The notes under the pieces were generated by a model that saw nothing but the letters and a program-made list of their open reading frames with translations, did no database searches and was not told the DNA's origin. Positions 26,444 to 40,903 of a stretch of 64,000 bases of DNA are shown here, one piece after another. Position numbers and translations under genes: made by a program. Source of the DNA: Octopus vulgaris (taxonomy: Eukaryota); the NCBI GenBank assembly GCA_951406725.2, contig OX597818.1:102362001-102426000 (forward strand). The letters are read 5' to 3'. Each line of letters starts with the position of its first letter. Position 1 is the first letter of the stretch.

Positions 26444-27546
26444 TGTTTGTTTACAGTTTTCCGAACGTTAGTACGTCACAAAAGCGCTTTCTACGTCACA
26501 CTAATAGAATGCAGTCAAGTTTTACACATGAAAACAAACAATCTGATTGGTTAAAATTCGCAGTTTTAATCTACGATTAAACTCATAAAATAGATTTTTC
26601 TCAAATAAACTAGTTCCAACCTGTGTCTTGTTTTGCTAGACTCTATCAGCATACGAAGTTTCAGATTATTTAGTTAAGTAGAAAGATCTGTGGTCCTGGC
26701 TTCAGAATTGAAAAGATCCCTAAGTTCTGACACTCATAGTTTAACATTTGTCATTTTAAATTATTTGACAGCTCAACATATTTTACTAAAAGTGTAGAGA
26801 GACGAGTGAGATACGGAGTGATATAGAGAGGTACAGAGAAGTCAAATTAATGAATAAACGAATATGTGTTTAAAAGGTATATGTATATATATAATTTATA
26901 AGACTGGCAAATAAGAGCAATAAAATCAGGTAGTGTAGAATTGTAAGTGAAAATAATAGATGCAGGCACTATAAGATGGTTCCCGAAACTAAGAAAACAG
27001 GAGCTAGATTCGGTTAATATAAGCAGCGCATATTTCAAAAGTAGGTGCGCAAAAGCCAATACGAATGTCTCAGCTTTATGATTATATAATTGATTGGCTG
27101 TCAAGGTAGAAAAGGCAGGAAAATGGAGTAGGTGAGTATATTAGAGCACTGGTGCCGTTTAAAGAGTAAGGTTGGAATGAGTGACAGAAATAAATTCAAA
27201 CTATTATATAAAATAAGACGAAAGGGGAAGTAAAATTTAAAATAGAACTGACGTGTAGAGATGTTTAAGTTGACAGAACAGGGCAAACAGCTGATCGGTT
27301 GCTAAATAATACAGCGAAAGCGAGAGCAACTTTGTTATTAATATTATTTTTATTTGTATTCTTCTTGTATTTGCTTGCCGCACTGTCAAGGTGAGTTATT
27401 TTGGACTACGTGAGGCGTAATATACTAACTAGATTTAAACGTGGGAAATTTATATTTTATTTGTGCACACCAGGTGGACAAAAATAGTACATTAATTCAT
27501 ATCATTTTTTACATTTACAGGGTTTTTTTCCGTAAATTCTCAATAT

Positions 27547-27890
27547 AGGCTAAGGAATGGCTGTGTGATAAGTAACTTACGGACCACATAGATCCGTGTT
27601 CAGACCAGATGCGGGGTACCTTCGGCAAGTGTCTTCTACTATAGCCTGGGGCCGACCAAAGCCTTGTGAGTGGATTTGGTAGACGGAAACTGAAAGAAGC
27701 TGGTCGTAATTATGTATATATATATATATGTATGTATGTATATATGTGTGTGTGTGTGTGTGTGTGTTTGTGTGTCTCCGTCCCCGTAATCCAGCGGTTC
27801 GGCAAAAGAGTCCGATAGAATAAGTATTAGGCCTACAAAGGATAACTCCTGGGGTTGATTTGGCCACAGTGAAATGACTGAAACAAGTAA
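27547..27890 (+). mobile_element. tRNA-derived SINE family A
   Basis: Head tggctgtgtgataagtaac; body gccgaccaaagccttgtgagtggatttggtagacggaaactgaaagaagc. Confidence 0.85.
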
Positions 27891-30800
27891 AATGGTAAAG
27901 AAAAAGAGTAAACTAGTTACTTGGCAAATGCAGAGAAGATACCTCTTTAAAAATATATATTGCAAATAAGTAAAACATTACAGGAATCTCAATAGTTTTC
28001 AAACTAGACCTGATATTTCAAAAGTTAAATTTTTCTGATATTCAAGCATACAATTTCACCTTATACCATAAATTATACTATACACGTGATTTTCGTTTGA
28101 GATAGATATCATATTGTCTAAACCCAGTGTAGGCATATCACTATAATTTTGTTTTCTGTAGTTGTTGTTCTGTCGCAATTTGTTCAAGCGATGAACAGGA
28201 AGAATAGGTTTGAACAGACTGCTAGAAAACTGCATTCAAAGCCACTGCGGTTTTCAAAACGTTTGTATGTGCTCTACCCCCTACACACATTCAAATATGC
28301 ATATAATTGTATGCCTGTCTGCATGTATATATGCATTCATGTATGTATTTATGTATGTATGTATGTATGTATGTGTTGCGTATGTGTGTACATTTCCTTG
28401 TGTCTGGGTACCAGTTAGTATGTGCGTCATTGTGTAATCTATCCATTTGTATGAAACGTTTACCGATTTTCATTTACTTGGATGTTTCAACTCGGAAACT
28501 CGACGCTTAAGGGGGAATCACAAGCCAAATATATTGCTCATTAAGATCGAATCCGAAACCGTTAGATTCCATAGTTAACTTTACACCCATCCAACACCCA
28601 TAACGGTTTGTTTGATTATTTTTATGCAAAACAGGCATTAAAATATTTCACTATAGTCTATTGTGAAAATCTGTTCGCACAGCAAAATTAAATCATGCGA
28701 ATCATGAAAGATTATATTTAGCTCAGATTTAAGAGAAGTATTACTACTAATGTATAACATAGCACGATGTACATTCAAGCATAAACTCCAGCAAATATGA
28801 ATAATTCATACATAGTAGAGAAGATATTTAGTTAAAAACAGTATTTTTGATCATACAGTTTCAAACCTGGTCTTTAGAAATGCATATTTATTAATATTAA
28901 TTATGCTTAAAATAACTTAGCTTTTAATAATAACTTATCCATAATTCCATGGAGGTAGTGCATAGTATGCAGGGTTACAATGCGTTAGAACTTGATTCTT
29001 ATGTTAAATCTTAATTCCGTACATTGCTACTGGGAACGAAAATGTTCTATTGCTTTAACAATGAGTTAATCTGTAATAAACTGAACAGGGGATTAGAGTA
29101 AGAAAGAAGAAATGCGGAAAGGATGAAAGTGACTTGAAATAAGATTTGTACACGAAACAGTGGTACACACGTTATATAATTTACATTTATCTTTCTAAGG
29201 GTGTTATGTGTTATGTATACTCAAATGAGATCTATGTGAAGAAACTTCGCATAATGGTTTAGGGTATTAGGCTCATTATTTTAATATTATGAGTTCGATA
29301 ATGCCTTGTATCCCTTATCAAGCCACTTTATTTCACGCTACCGTATCCACTAAGCTGAAAAAAAACCGAGTAGTTCATATATTACAAACAGCCGGTCTCA
29401 TCACATTCTCTGTCACATTCAATCCCCTCGAGAACTACAATAATATTAAGCGTTAATTTTACGAGCCGACTGTTTCATTTATCAGATTAACTAGAGAACG
29501 CGTCGTCGTAACCGATGGAGAACCATTTGATATTCATCCAGTTAATTTCTCTTTGCAGCTTTATGTTAAAATGCAACACATTCGGGAATTCTGAAGTTTT
29601 ATATATATATATATATATTGCATTCATTTGCATAAGTTATGGTATTATTTAATTTGCGTGTTTTGCAACAATGATCAAACAACAAAAATAAGTGTTACAA
29701 TGTATCGTGTTAAGAAGTGCGTTTTCAGGTACCAACAGTTAGCTTATTTCATATTTAATAAATAAACTACTTAACTGTATATACTTCCGACTCTTTATGA
29801 ACGGCTCTCAAATCCCACCGATATCGAACTTGCATTTCATTCTTTCTGGGATGACACAATTAAAGAACTTTGTGGGTGAACTTCCTAAACGGTTTTGAGC
29901 TGGCAGAAAAAGAAAGAAATGTCAGACAAAAAGGTATTTGCTTTGAAGCATTTCTTCAAGTTCTTCACAGTTGATTTCCCGCCGATGTCCACATTTTTCT
30001 TCATTCAAACGGTCGCGAGAAAAAAAATTCTCCTGAATAAAATTGCACCAGCGATTTCCTTCACTACAAAAAAGTTCTTTTGTTTGTAACTAAAAAAACT
30101 GTTACGGATGGGGCAGAATCTTTATAATGTCCAGAAATTGTTTGAAGGGTTTTCGGGCTCTTTACGTTCTGGTTCTACATCCTCCCAATCTCAACTTTAT
30201 TTTTCGTCCCGCCGGGGTCGACAATACTATGTACCAGTCAATAACCATGATCAATGGTATCAAATAATACTTCCGCACAAACTTGCTGGGCTTGTGTGGA
30301 AAACAATATCCATTTAAATAAATGCTCATAAAAGGGTCGCATAAAAGTGTTTGACTTAACATTAATGTTACCATTTTTCAATACATATTGAACTTGCTTC
30401 GTTGTTATATATTAGCAAAATATTATATTTTCATGACGGTAAATATGTACAAACTACAAATTATGGTTAGGAATAACTCAGACAAAATATAAGCAGGTTC
30501 ATCGTTTCTCTCGGCATTTGCGATGCTGCAGTAGACTGTTTTGTTTTTGAAGTTAGTTTTAGTTTAAATTTTATAGTATGATTTGCTTAAGAATTGCGAG
30601 ACAATGGGAATTGTGAACACTTTCACTGAAATATATGCAGGCATAAATGTAGGGCTATAATCGCCATTACACTTTACATGAATGCATATGTTCGTTTCAA
30701 CATGCATACACACATCTATTTTATGTTCTATATTTCAATAACCCCAACTAAATATTGATGCTGGTCTCAATTATTTTGATTGAGCGAAGTTGGAAATATG

Positions 30801-31741
30801 TCTCTGCATATTATATTACAAAATATGCGAAATACTAAAAAGATATATTATTTTTATTCAGTTAACATTAAAAATTTAACAAAGTTTTCAGTGACTTTTT
30901 ATGTGTGTGATGTTTTACCTTGTCAGGTTACATCATAAAATACTATCACCATTGTCGTTGCTTCTGTAACCATACTAGCATATATTTAGAAAGTTAGATC
31001 TAAAACCACAATTTACATTGTAATTCAGTTCTAATAATACAGCAGTCAGTAGTTTGATGGGTATTTGCAAACAATTTCTACCAGCTAAATAGAAATGTAT
31101 ACATTCTCTCATTGGTTCAAATCTCATAATACATTGCGCTTTCATTATATAATTATTGTGATTTAAATCGTCTGCTTAACATGCCGTGTATCATTTGAAA
31201 TTGAAACATAAGACGATACAATATATCTGCTACTGTTGTTGTCGTTGCTGGAGATACTGCTACTATTATTACTAGTACCACTGCTGCTGCTACTACTGTA
31301 ACTATTACTGCCAGGTACAACGACGACAACGACTTCAACGATGACCACGACAATGACCACGGTGTGACATTAAAAGCTACATTTTTAATACATTTTTAAT
31401 ACAGGTTTAAAGATGGTAAGATATATGAAAGTGTCCAGCCGCAGCTCGCTAATCGGAAAAGAACTAAAGATTACCTGAATGTCAAGCAAAAGATCGACGA
31501 TATATATCATAGAAAATTTTGATGTGTAAATACGATGAGGTGTATACTACGGAACATTTTTAAGCATTACCATTTATTTGAGTTTGAATTATAAGGCAAA
31601 AACGTTTTTTTCTTCTAATGGGATTGATTTGGGTAAAACTTTATTCTTGGATACATTTTGGTTAGAAATAGAGTGGAACCAGAGTGTGGCGCATAAATCG
31701 TTGGATGTAGCCTTCTCAATAAATAAACATTTATTTCAGAA

Positions 31742-32633
31742 CTAGCGCTATGACCCGGCGTTACCGGGTCTACTGCTAGGACTTGTTGTTCGTTGACCGG
31801 TCGCATTAAAAGTTTCTCACTAAATCAAGAGCTAAGTTTCTTATTACATTTCAGTCCCGGCCAGTTGTGTTGCCTATGTGCTAGTTGGAGCTTTTCATGG
31901 GTTTAATTAATATTCATTGGATTTCGGTTTTCACACCTGGAACGGTATAATCATGGACTGTGCACATGCCATTAGTCGGACAAAATGGGAGGCAGAAGAA
32001 ATTGAAAAACTCGAATTTGGCCGCAAGATAACGTATGAGAATAAGGGGTCGGTATATCGAGTTTTTAAATTGCTTTCTGGGGTGACTGGGAAAATGAAAA
32101 GGAATCTTTTCGGTTTTAACGGCAGTTTTTAACATAATTTCTATGTAACTAAAAAGTTTTCAACTTCGTATACTGGTAGAATATGTTTATAAAACATCTT
32201 TTTCTCTTGGCTTTATTGAGAAAATTCTATAGTTTGTAAGATATTTGTTGTTTTTTCTTCAATTTCTGCAATTTCAACCAATCATTGACGTTCATTGAGG
32301 TAAAAAGCATTCTGTGCCGTATGAATATGTCCCTCGTTTAAGAAACAGATTGGATTTATTTACGTTTGTGAAGAAAAAAAATACCGTTCCCCCCACCCAT
32401 AACCCTAACCCTAAAAGAGGTTGAAATGCAATAGATCTATACTAGCGTCATACTTATGGGTGACAATTTCATATGACACCGCTAGAAAAAACTGCCGTTC
32501 AAACCGAAAAGATCCATGAAAAGATCTTCACGACAATCCCCATAGAAAATGCGAGCCTTTTACGTGAAAAACTGGGGATTTGTGTAAAGGACACACAGAT
32601 ACACAAACCTTTTGCCGTTAATAGATATAGAGA
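31742..32633 (-). mobile_element. Non-autonomous Helitron-like element
   Basis: Minus strand starts TC (32633) and ends CTAG (31742-45), between A and T; subterminal hairpin GACCCGG-cgtta-CCGGGTC at 31752-31770. Confidence 0.7.
32102..32515. mobile_element. MITE (GGATC termini, 8-bp TSD) nested in the Helitron
   Basis: TIR gaatcttttcggttttaacggcagttttt / aaaaactgccgttcaaaccgaaaagatcc; TSD atgaaaag at 32094-32101 and 32516-32523; shares aacttcgtatactggtagaat with the 25558 element. Confidence 0.85.
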
Positions 32634-32930
32634 TGATACAAATTATGTGCATCTCCGTTTAATCAATAATACTTATTACTGCAGTTCATAAAGACGTAAC
32701 CGTACATATAACGGCTTCATTCATACATCATACTAAATCAATACACTTCGCTTAGATTTATTCGATAAAACAGATACTGAGAATATGCATAATGTTGTTA
32801 TATCTACAATAATTAATTTATGTATAAATTCCATTTGAAGAAGTATTCCGTGCAAGTGAAATTATTGTTTAACTTTTAAAATAAGCATATATCCTGATTA
32901 ATTAATATAAATTGTATTTGCATGTAATGA

Positions 32931-33140
32931 GGTGGCGCGCTGACAGAATTGTTAGCATGCAAGGCTAAATGCGTAGTGTCGTTCGTGTGTCTTTACATTC
33001 TGAGTTCAAATTCTTCCGAGGTTGGCCTTTTCTTTCATCATTTTGGTTTCGATCGATTAAGTCGACTTCTGGGGTTATAGGAAATCGTGTAACGTCTATG
33101 CAAGAAATGTCAGGCATTTTAGGTTTAGTAGAAATGATCA
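32931..33140 (+). mobile_element. SINE family C, degenerate
   Basis: ggtggcgcgctgacagaattgttagc...gagttcaaatt (B-box-like); homolog at 50366. Confidence 0.65.
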
Positions 33141-33555
33141 TTTTGGAGGGTCTAATACTAAATTTAATCTAGACCTTCCTCTTCTATATCAAGATAAAAT
33201 CAGAAAATATATGACTTTGGAGGGATAGTTAAGTGGAAACATTAGCCAGACCTTTTTATATGTTGCTAATTCTGTTAATCGGAAAACAAGCACTCAAATA
33301 TTTTTGATATATATTATCTAGATCACATATTAAAAGTTACTCATTGCCTTTCAAATACGTTCTTTCATTCGCAATTTAAATATATATATTCCTCTCGTTA
33401 ATAAACATTTGCATTACTAGATATCTCGCCCCACGTTGAAACTTCCGAATATAAAACTTATATTTCATTGACTTATATATTACAAGGATCTCATTTACCA
33501 TGTAATTCAAAAGAGCACGTGCTTTGAGTTGCGCAATTGCACCTTATAGCTTCCT

Positions 33556-33888
33556 CATTTACATGTTTCAGTCATTTGAATGTGGCCATGCTGGAGCACC
33601 GCCTTTAGTCGAGCAAATCGACTCCGGGACATATTCTTTGTAAGCCTAGTACTTATTTCATCGATCTCTCTTGCCGAACCGCTATGTTACGAGGACATAT
33701 AAACACAGACACATACATATAAATATACATATATGCGACGGGCTAGTTTCAGTTTCAATCTACCAAATCCACTCACAAGGCTTTGGTCGGCCCGAGGCTA
33801 TAGTAGAAGGCACCTACCCAAGGTGCCAGGCAGTGAGAATGAACCCGGAACCATGTGGTTTGTAAGCCAGCTACTTACCACGCAGCCA
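33556..33888 (-). mobile_element. tRNA-derived SINE family A
   Basis: Colinear with 9515-10116. Confidence 0.85.
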
Positions 33889-34948
33889 TGTAACAGCTTT
33901 ATATGAGAATCGGTACTGATGTAACCAAAACTTAATGCATACATCTCCTACTCTTTATTTACTTGTCTCTAATAGTGAATTTTACCTGTAGCCAATACTC
34001 TGTGACAAATATGTACTCCATTAGACAGGAAGAAGCATATCACGCATATCTTCATAGTTTATTACACATTTAGAAAAGAAAATTTAAAGCAGGATTCATT
34101 ATTTAGCATAACGCAACAGTCATTTAACAAAAATATGTAGAGTATAGATACCAGGAAATCATCTAGATGAGGAAATTATACGCTAGCAACATATACTAGT
34201 TTGTAGCATGTATACATATACATATTACACTTTGTCAACTATATTCATGTAATATTTAGTGATTAGGAATTGTTACACTGAAGTTAGAAGACTTCAAACG
34301 AGACGAACTCAATTAATCGATGAATGTGTTTATATTTTTTTCTCGAAAGCAAAAGTAGTTGTTTTTTTTTCTGTATATTTGAGTCGATACTTTAAAGTAG
34401 CAAATAAGACAGTTAATAGATTGCACTTACTTTATTTATTATTTATGCACACTTTTAGTACTAGGTAATGTATCACACTTTTTGCGACTGATAACACTTT
34501 GAGTCTAAGAATTGCTTGATGAAGACAAGCAGTCTATCTTTACTAAGTCTTTCCTCACGACTGACTCGCCAAGAACGGTGATGCCATCAAAATATAAATA
34601 AACGTCTCCCGCTTTCTCCGGTGCTTGCCAAAATAATGAAAATATGCTGATTGTTTATTATTTAGTGGCAGTCGAAGTAAAGTTACCCCAGTGATATATT
34701 TTTGGTATAAATGTATCAATTCTTCGCATTATCTTCCGTACAATGTTGTGTATCTGCTTTGTGATTCCACTTTTTAAAAGAAAGCATATGTTTCGCAGTG
34801 TGGTTCTTGCTGGAAGAAGACGTATTCAATGTTGTCTCCCGTATTTCACATAATGAATAATTCTATTTTACTATTTGTTGAGCCTTCTTCGCAACTTATA
34901 TATTTCTTAACTCTCGATACTAAATACTGCAAGGTAATACTAATTTAG

Positions 34949-35200
34949 TGGAGGCGCGTGGCTTAATGGTTAGGGTTTCAGCATCATGATCATAATGATT
35001 GTGGTTTCGATTCCAGGACCGGGCGACGCGTTGTTTTCTTGAGCAAAACACTTCATTTCACGTTGCTCCACTCCACTCAGCTGGCAAAAATAAGTAACGC
35101 TGCGATGGACTGGCATCCCGTCCAGCTGGGGAATACATAATCCATTGAAACCGGGAAACCGGGCCCATGGGCCTGGCTAGGAATTAAAAGGGCGCATTTA
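34949..35200 (+). mobile_element. tRNA-derived SINE family B
   Basis: ggaggcgcgtggcttaatggttagg (A box), ggtttcgattcc (B box); tail gcgatggactggc...ccagctgggg shared with the 42320 and 47372 copies. Confidence 0.85.
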
Positions 35201-36831
35201 ATTGAATTCAATTGAATGCTAATATAACTCCAACTTTATTACCCTCTCCCTCTTTCTCGCTCTATTTTCCTCCAGCTTTCATTAATCCGTGTTTCTTCAA
35301 TTAACTGTATAACTGAAAACAGGTACGAAAATGAGGTCACGGTTTTACTACGGAAATACCTTAATAATTGCTTTTGACATGGATAAAATATCATCATATT
35401 ATAAAACTTACAATTGTTCTTATAGTAATGTTTCTTATAAATTCATCACTTCAGAAAATATTAACCGCCCATTCTTTTCCATGAAATTTGACCCACTGAA
35501 ATAATTAAGACTACTATCTTATTGAAATCACTGCACATGCTTTGACATTCATAATCTTACTAAGATCTTTTCGTAGAATTTTTATTATTGGAAAATTGAA
35601 ACAAGAGAACAACCGAAAAAACAACCTACGCTACAAAGTCACGTCCTTAGAATTTTTGATTACAAACCATCTCCATATATAAAGGTTAAGTTTCAATATC
35701 CCGAGACCGTATTAATTAGGCACAAGTGTCAGATTAAACGAGTATGTCTTTGACTAAATCAGGATAGTCTAAATCAGTATAGCTATAGCAGAAAACAAAC
35801 ACATACTGACTAATATGAATCATTCACACATATCATTATTTCTAGAAATTATGGTATAAAACAAACTAAATAAAAAATACCTTTTCAATTTATGTGCATT
35901 TTAAAAGAAAGTTTGTACAGTCTGCTTTGACATTCATAGAACTATGAGGAAATGATATGATTCTGGATAGGACTCTTCTACACCACGGAAGGAAGTGTAA
36001 AAGGAATAAATAATCACATTACGAAACGGAGGTCAAATTCACAGAGCCTCTCTCTTGATAAGGAATTTTCCTTTTGTCAATGTGCCTGATTTTAGAGGCG
36101 TAAACATATTTTATATGTACACAATGCGTTCAGTTTTAAGCTTAATCTCTAGTACCACATACATTTCAATATCCGTGGCTCTGTATGGAGTACGGATATC
36201 AAATTATCTAAATGTAAATTAAATATATTTGAACAACAACATAATCTACGTTACGAGTTAAAATCATTACAAATCCAACGGGATTAAGCTTTAGTAATAA
36301 TGAAATATTATTTTCAAAACATTGGAACACTCTTCAAAGTTGTAGCTTGAAAATCAATTAATAGATTTTTTTCTCTCTCTCCGCTTTAATTTTCAAAATC
36401 TAATTCGACACTCACAAGGATTCCTGTAAGTTGATTCGAATTTGGAGATAAATTTCAATTAAAGAGATCTTGTTAATGCAAATTTACTTCAACATGTTTC
36501 TCCAACCGACGCCATCAGTTGTAATTTTAATGTGTATTTGAATATACATTATCATTATATCCATAAATATTATCTGCCTACACACGCCATAAATATGTTT
36601 GATAATTCAAATTGGTGCACATGATTACATTCATAATTATTTTTGAAATAATAATAGCTACGATAATAATTGTAACCCCGTTCTTATTAAATTTGTCCCA
36701 CTCAAGATCGTATTAATATATTATGATAATGCTTCATATTACGTATTTTCTTACGCATCCAAGAACAATTCATTAACATCCTATTTCACTTTGTATTTAT
36801 ATAAATAAACACGCACAAACATTTAAGCAAA

Positions 36832-37050
36832 TACGAGGGCATGCTGAAAAGCTCATGAATTTAAGTGTGTCGCGAAAGGCCTTGTTGGAGGACCGAGCCT
36901 CCGATTTCTTTTGCAGGACATAGAAAACTGAAGGACCGCTGCAATATGTGCGTGAATCTGAAACGGGAATATGCTGGATAAAATCATAATTAACAGATCT
37001 TCCTGTATTTTCTTTAACCTAAAACCAGGACCTTTGCAGCACCCTTCCGT
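36832..37050 (+). mobile_element. Mariner-derived MITE
   Basis: Degenerate TIRs tacgagggcatgctgaaaag / ctttgcagcacccttccgt; homologs at 20798 and ~38998-39070. Confidence 0.65.
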
Positions 37051-37232
37051 TCATGTGTGTGTTAATATGTAAGTCTCTGCCTGCCTATGGGTGAATGTGC
37101 GTACCCTGTCTAGTGAATGTGTGCATCCTATCACACAAATTACCGATTTTTAAAAAATCCAGTTTAGAAAATGAGAAGCACTATAGAAATGCGTTCAGAT
37201 ACGCATATGTTTCGGTTAAAAGTATATATATA

Positions 37233-37359
37233 TAGGGTGTACACGAATTCTGGGTACATGGAGTAAATAAAATCTTAACATAAACAATTAAATATAAGAA
37301 ATAATAATTTCTTAAAGTATGTGTTAATCCCCATGTACCCAGACATTGTGGACACCCTG
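37233..37359. mobile_element. 127-bp Tc1/mariner-type MITE
   Basis: TIR (t)agggtgtacacgaattctgggtacatgg / ccatgtacccagacattgtggacaccctg, flanked by TA. Confidence 0.8.
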
Positions 37360-39139
37360 TATAATAATTATAATATAGCTGTACTCAAAGAACAAATGCC
37401 ACTAAAACAATCAAAATGACTCGCGCAAGATCTAATAAACGAAAGAATATCTAAATTCGCCATTAAATATTATTGAGGAATTTGAAATCCAGTGAACTGC
37501 AAAGGGTGAGTATCTAATTATAAAATGCACAGTAGCTGCTAATAAAATTATGATTTTGAATATTTCTAGATGGATTAAGATTAGCTGAACATGAGACTAC
37601 ATAATCTACATCAAAAATAAATAATACATTAATTTAAGTATTTTGCTGTTTCACATTAGGAGATAGAGAGAACAACTTTAGATTAAATACATGTGCTATA
37701 TTGATTTAGAATTGAAGTCTTTAGAAATATGCAGCAGTCTATATGCACAATACTTCTTAAAAGAGATAGAATTCCGTGCATATAGAATTTATCAGGCGGT
37801 AGTAAATGACGTAGATGATGTACGAGCTATTCAAGTCTTCCCCTCATCTACAAGTACAGTAATCTCTGCTTGATTATGTATGGTCCCTTCTTCCCCTTCG
37901 TCATCCTTCATCTGCACCAAACAAGACCGAAACAATTTGACCGGTCCTTCACAAAAGCTTATCGATCACGTGGATGTACTTCTTCAGCTGTTCGCCTGCA
38001 GATCCACCAACATTTCCCTGTTGATCTTCCCCAATTCACCGCCACGTAGTTCTTGAGAATGGTGCCCCGACGTATTTGGTATCCACCACTACAATAGTGA
38101 GGTTCACCGATCATACTGACACTGATCTATTTTACTAGGGGCTCAAACCATTTTTGTACCGGAGTCATGTGTAGGCAGCAATGACGTACCAAGGTAATCT
38201 ACGTAGGTAATCTGCCAAGCACACTGAGGCTTAGTGTCATTATTTCAGCACCCACTACAGAACAAAGTACATATATTATTTCATAGTATTGCAGGGTGGT
38301 AACGAAATAAAAGTCATATCCCAAAATGCTACTCGCACATATTGATTGATAGATTCATCTCTCTATCCGCCCATCCAAATTTCTATCCATCCATTCATAC
38401 ATCCTTACATATATGCATACATACACATATACATACAAACATACATACACCCGTGTATGAATAAACAGGTACATACTTCCATACATATACATACATACAA
38501 ACTATGATAGATTGATTTAAATATACATACAAGAGTGAGCAGAATCGTTCATACTAGAGGCGTGAAATCTTGCATCAATTAATTTCCACGCTTCTTATTA
38601 CTAGCACCCTTGTTTCGTTACATGAAAACTGACATATGAATGTTCAAAGAAGACTTCAAATATAAGTTGTCTTTTCTTCAAAATGCGAAAGATTTGGTAT
38701 ACTGGTGATATAAATACCTGCATAAAAAAGAGATTGCTGCAGATGGACATTCATACTGGAAAGATTAGGGTATGATGCTTGAAGTTTGTCAACAGTGGAA
38801 AAGTAGCCAACTGAATTTAGGAGAGGGGAGGTAGTCGATGAGGACAATAATCGTCAATTGTAAATAATGTACATAGTTCCTCATCTCTTAAATAGAAAAC
38901 TGTAACAGAAATAACATTTGAACGTTCAGGCCGTTTTAGCTGATTTATCCACTCGGCCAAAAATGATGGTTATGTTCCAAATATTGGAAACCAATTTTAC
39001 GATGTTGTGTTGAAATGTTCCTGGCTTAGTGTAAAAGAAGGTCCAGAAGTATCATTTAATTATTATTTTGTTCAAGAAATTTCTCCCAGATTCATATAGT
39101 TATTGCAACGGCATTTCATGTTATCTAAGTTCTGTACAC

Positions 39140-39245
39140 GAGCTCTGGCCTATATCTCGTACTATATCTCGTACATATCTCGTACTTTTCCAGGGCTTTC
39201 TCAATACCCCTGAAGACTGGAATATTTCGGCACCCACTCGTATTC

Positions 39246-39294
<49 letters not shown>

Positions 39295-39382
39295 AGCTCT
39301 GGTCTATAGAAAAACCATACCTGGTACTTTTACAGTGCTTTCTCAATATACCCGAAGACTTGAATATTTCGGCACCCAATCG

Positions 39383-39435
<53 letters not shown>

Positions 39436-39527
39436 CCCTGGCCTATAGAAGAACCATGCCTGGTACTTTTACAGGGCTTTCTCAATAGTCCTTGAAGACT
39501 GGGATATTACGGCACCTACTCGTATGC

Positions 39528-39575
<48 letters not shown>
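39140..39575. repeat. Three-unit minisatellite: ~95-bp unique core + (TA)n
   Basis: tacttttacagggctttctcaata...gaagactggaatatttcggcacccactcgtat repeated three times, each followed by a TA run. Confidence 0.85.
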
Positions 39576-39577
<2 letters not shown>

Positions 39578-40043
39578 CGATTCCTCATTCATGTTTCCTC
39601 CAAACAAATTACTGTTTTCTTATTTCCTGATATCGTACGATTTATGTCGCTTGTCTTCTTCTCTGATGTATTTTATATCTATTTTTCTTACTGAAATTAT
39701 TATATTGTCTGGCAAGTCTCACAATGAATGTTGTGCCAAATTATTACTTTTGAGAAAGAAAAATATCTGCCTTCCTTATACTATTCATTCATTGCAGCAT
39801 ATTTTGCTCACAAAGCATACTTCTAACAATTAAAGCATATGAACGAATTGTGTTTGCACAATTAACTCTAATTAAATGCGTTTTCACAAGAAATTCTGTA
39901 GAAGTAGTAAAGGGAAGAAAAGAACAAGGAAGAATTATTCTACTGACTTTATTATTTACATCAACAATCACACAGGCAGCATATACATGCACATACACAG
40001 AGACAAGAGCATAGACACCCACACACGAGTGTGTGCGCGCGCA

Positions 40044-40121
<78 letters not shown>

Positions 40122-40266
40122 TATATATTCATGCATATGTCAATGTATACATGGTTCTATTTATCTATCTATTTGTGTATATATATATATAGTTGAAAAT
40201 ATATTCACATGTATATATATACAGCAATTTACACATACACATATAAACACACAAATACACACACAC

Positions 40267-40310
<44 letters not shown>

Positions 40311-40602
40311 ATATATGCATAAATGTGTTTAGACACTTATGTGTGTGTATTTACATACAAATATATTAATATATTTATTGATATACACATGTTTAAATAT
40401 ATGTATATTGCGGATTCCATAGATGTAGTATACGTAGGAAGCAACGTTTTTACACAGAAGTTTATAGAAGCGTCTTTTGTATGTAATCTGTCTGGCGAAA
40501 TAGACAAGACAACAGTTAAGTTGTAAACTTATTCTGACTGAAAATTGTCGATCACGTCTGTGAATACGTAGTCGGGCGAAGCTATACCGGCTTACTTTTG
40601 CT

Positions 40603-40903
40603 TCTCTCGTGGAAGCGTCATCCAACCAAAATGCAAATATATGGGAAACTACCACCTGTGTCATCTCTTGTGAAAAGTAGGAGAGTCGAGTTTGCTGGAC
40701 ATTGTTGTAGAACTGAAAACGAGGCAATGTCTACTCTTCTCCTCTGGAAGACCAGAGGGTACACACTCTCCTACCCTGATGTAATCTCCGGGGATACAGG
40801 CATCCAGCATCAGGACCTCCGTAATGCTATGATGGACCGTGAAGTCTGGCGTAGCATGGTAAATTCCATTGTCTCGACCACGGTCGAACAATGGTGATGA
40901 TGA
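40603..40903 (+). mobile_element. RTE/RTEX-clade LINE 3' end
   Basis: SWKRHPTKMQIYGKLPPVSSLVKSRRVEFAGHCCR...AMMDREVWRSMV, followed by a (TGA)n tail. Confidence 0.85.

Larger units (their letters stand above)
25558..26719. mobile_element. Non-autonomous DNA transposon, GGATC termini, 8-bp TSD (Merlin-like)
   Basis: TIR ggatcttttctattctgaagccag / ctggcttcagaattgaaaagatcc; TSD ctaagttc at 25550-25557 and 26720-26727. Confidence 0.88.

Noticed and set aside
32400-32414. Telomere-like (TAACCC)2 (also gttagggttagg at ~41731)
   Set aside because: Only about two units, inside a MITE; not an interstitial telomere.
37870-38260. GC-richer islands here and at 47800-48120, 23300-23640 and 29780-30330
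   Set aside because: Probably very old TE remnants; only faint motif hints, insufficient to classify.
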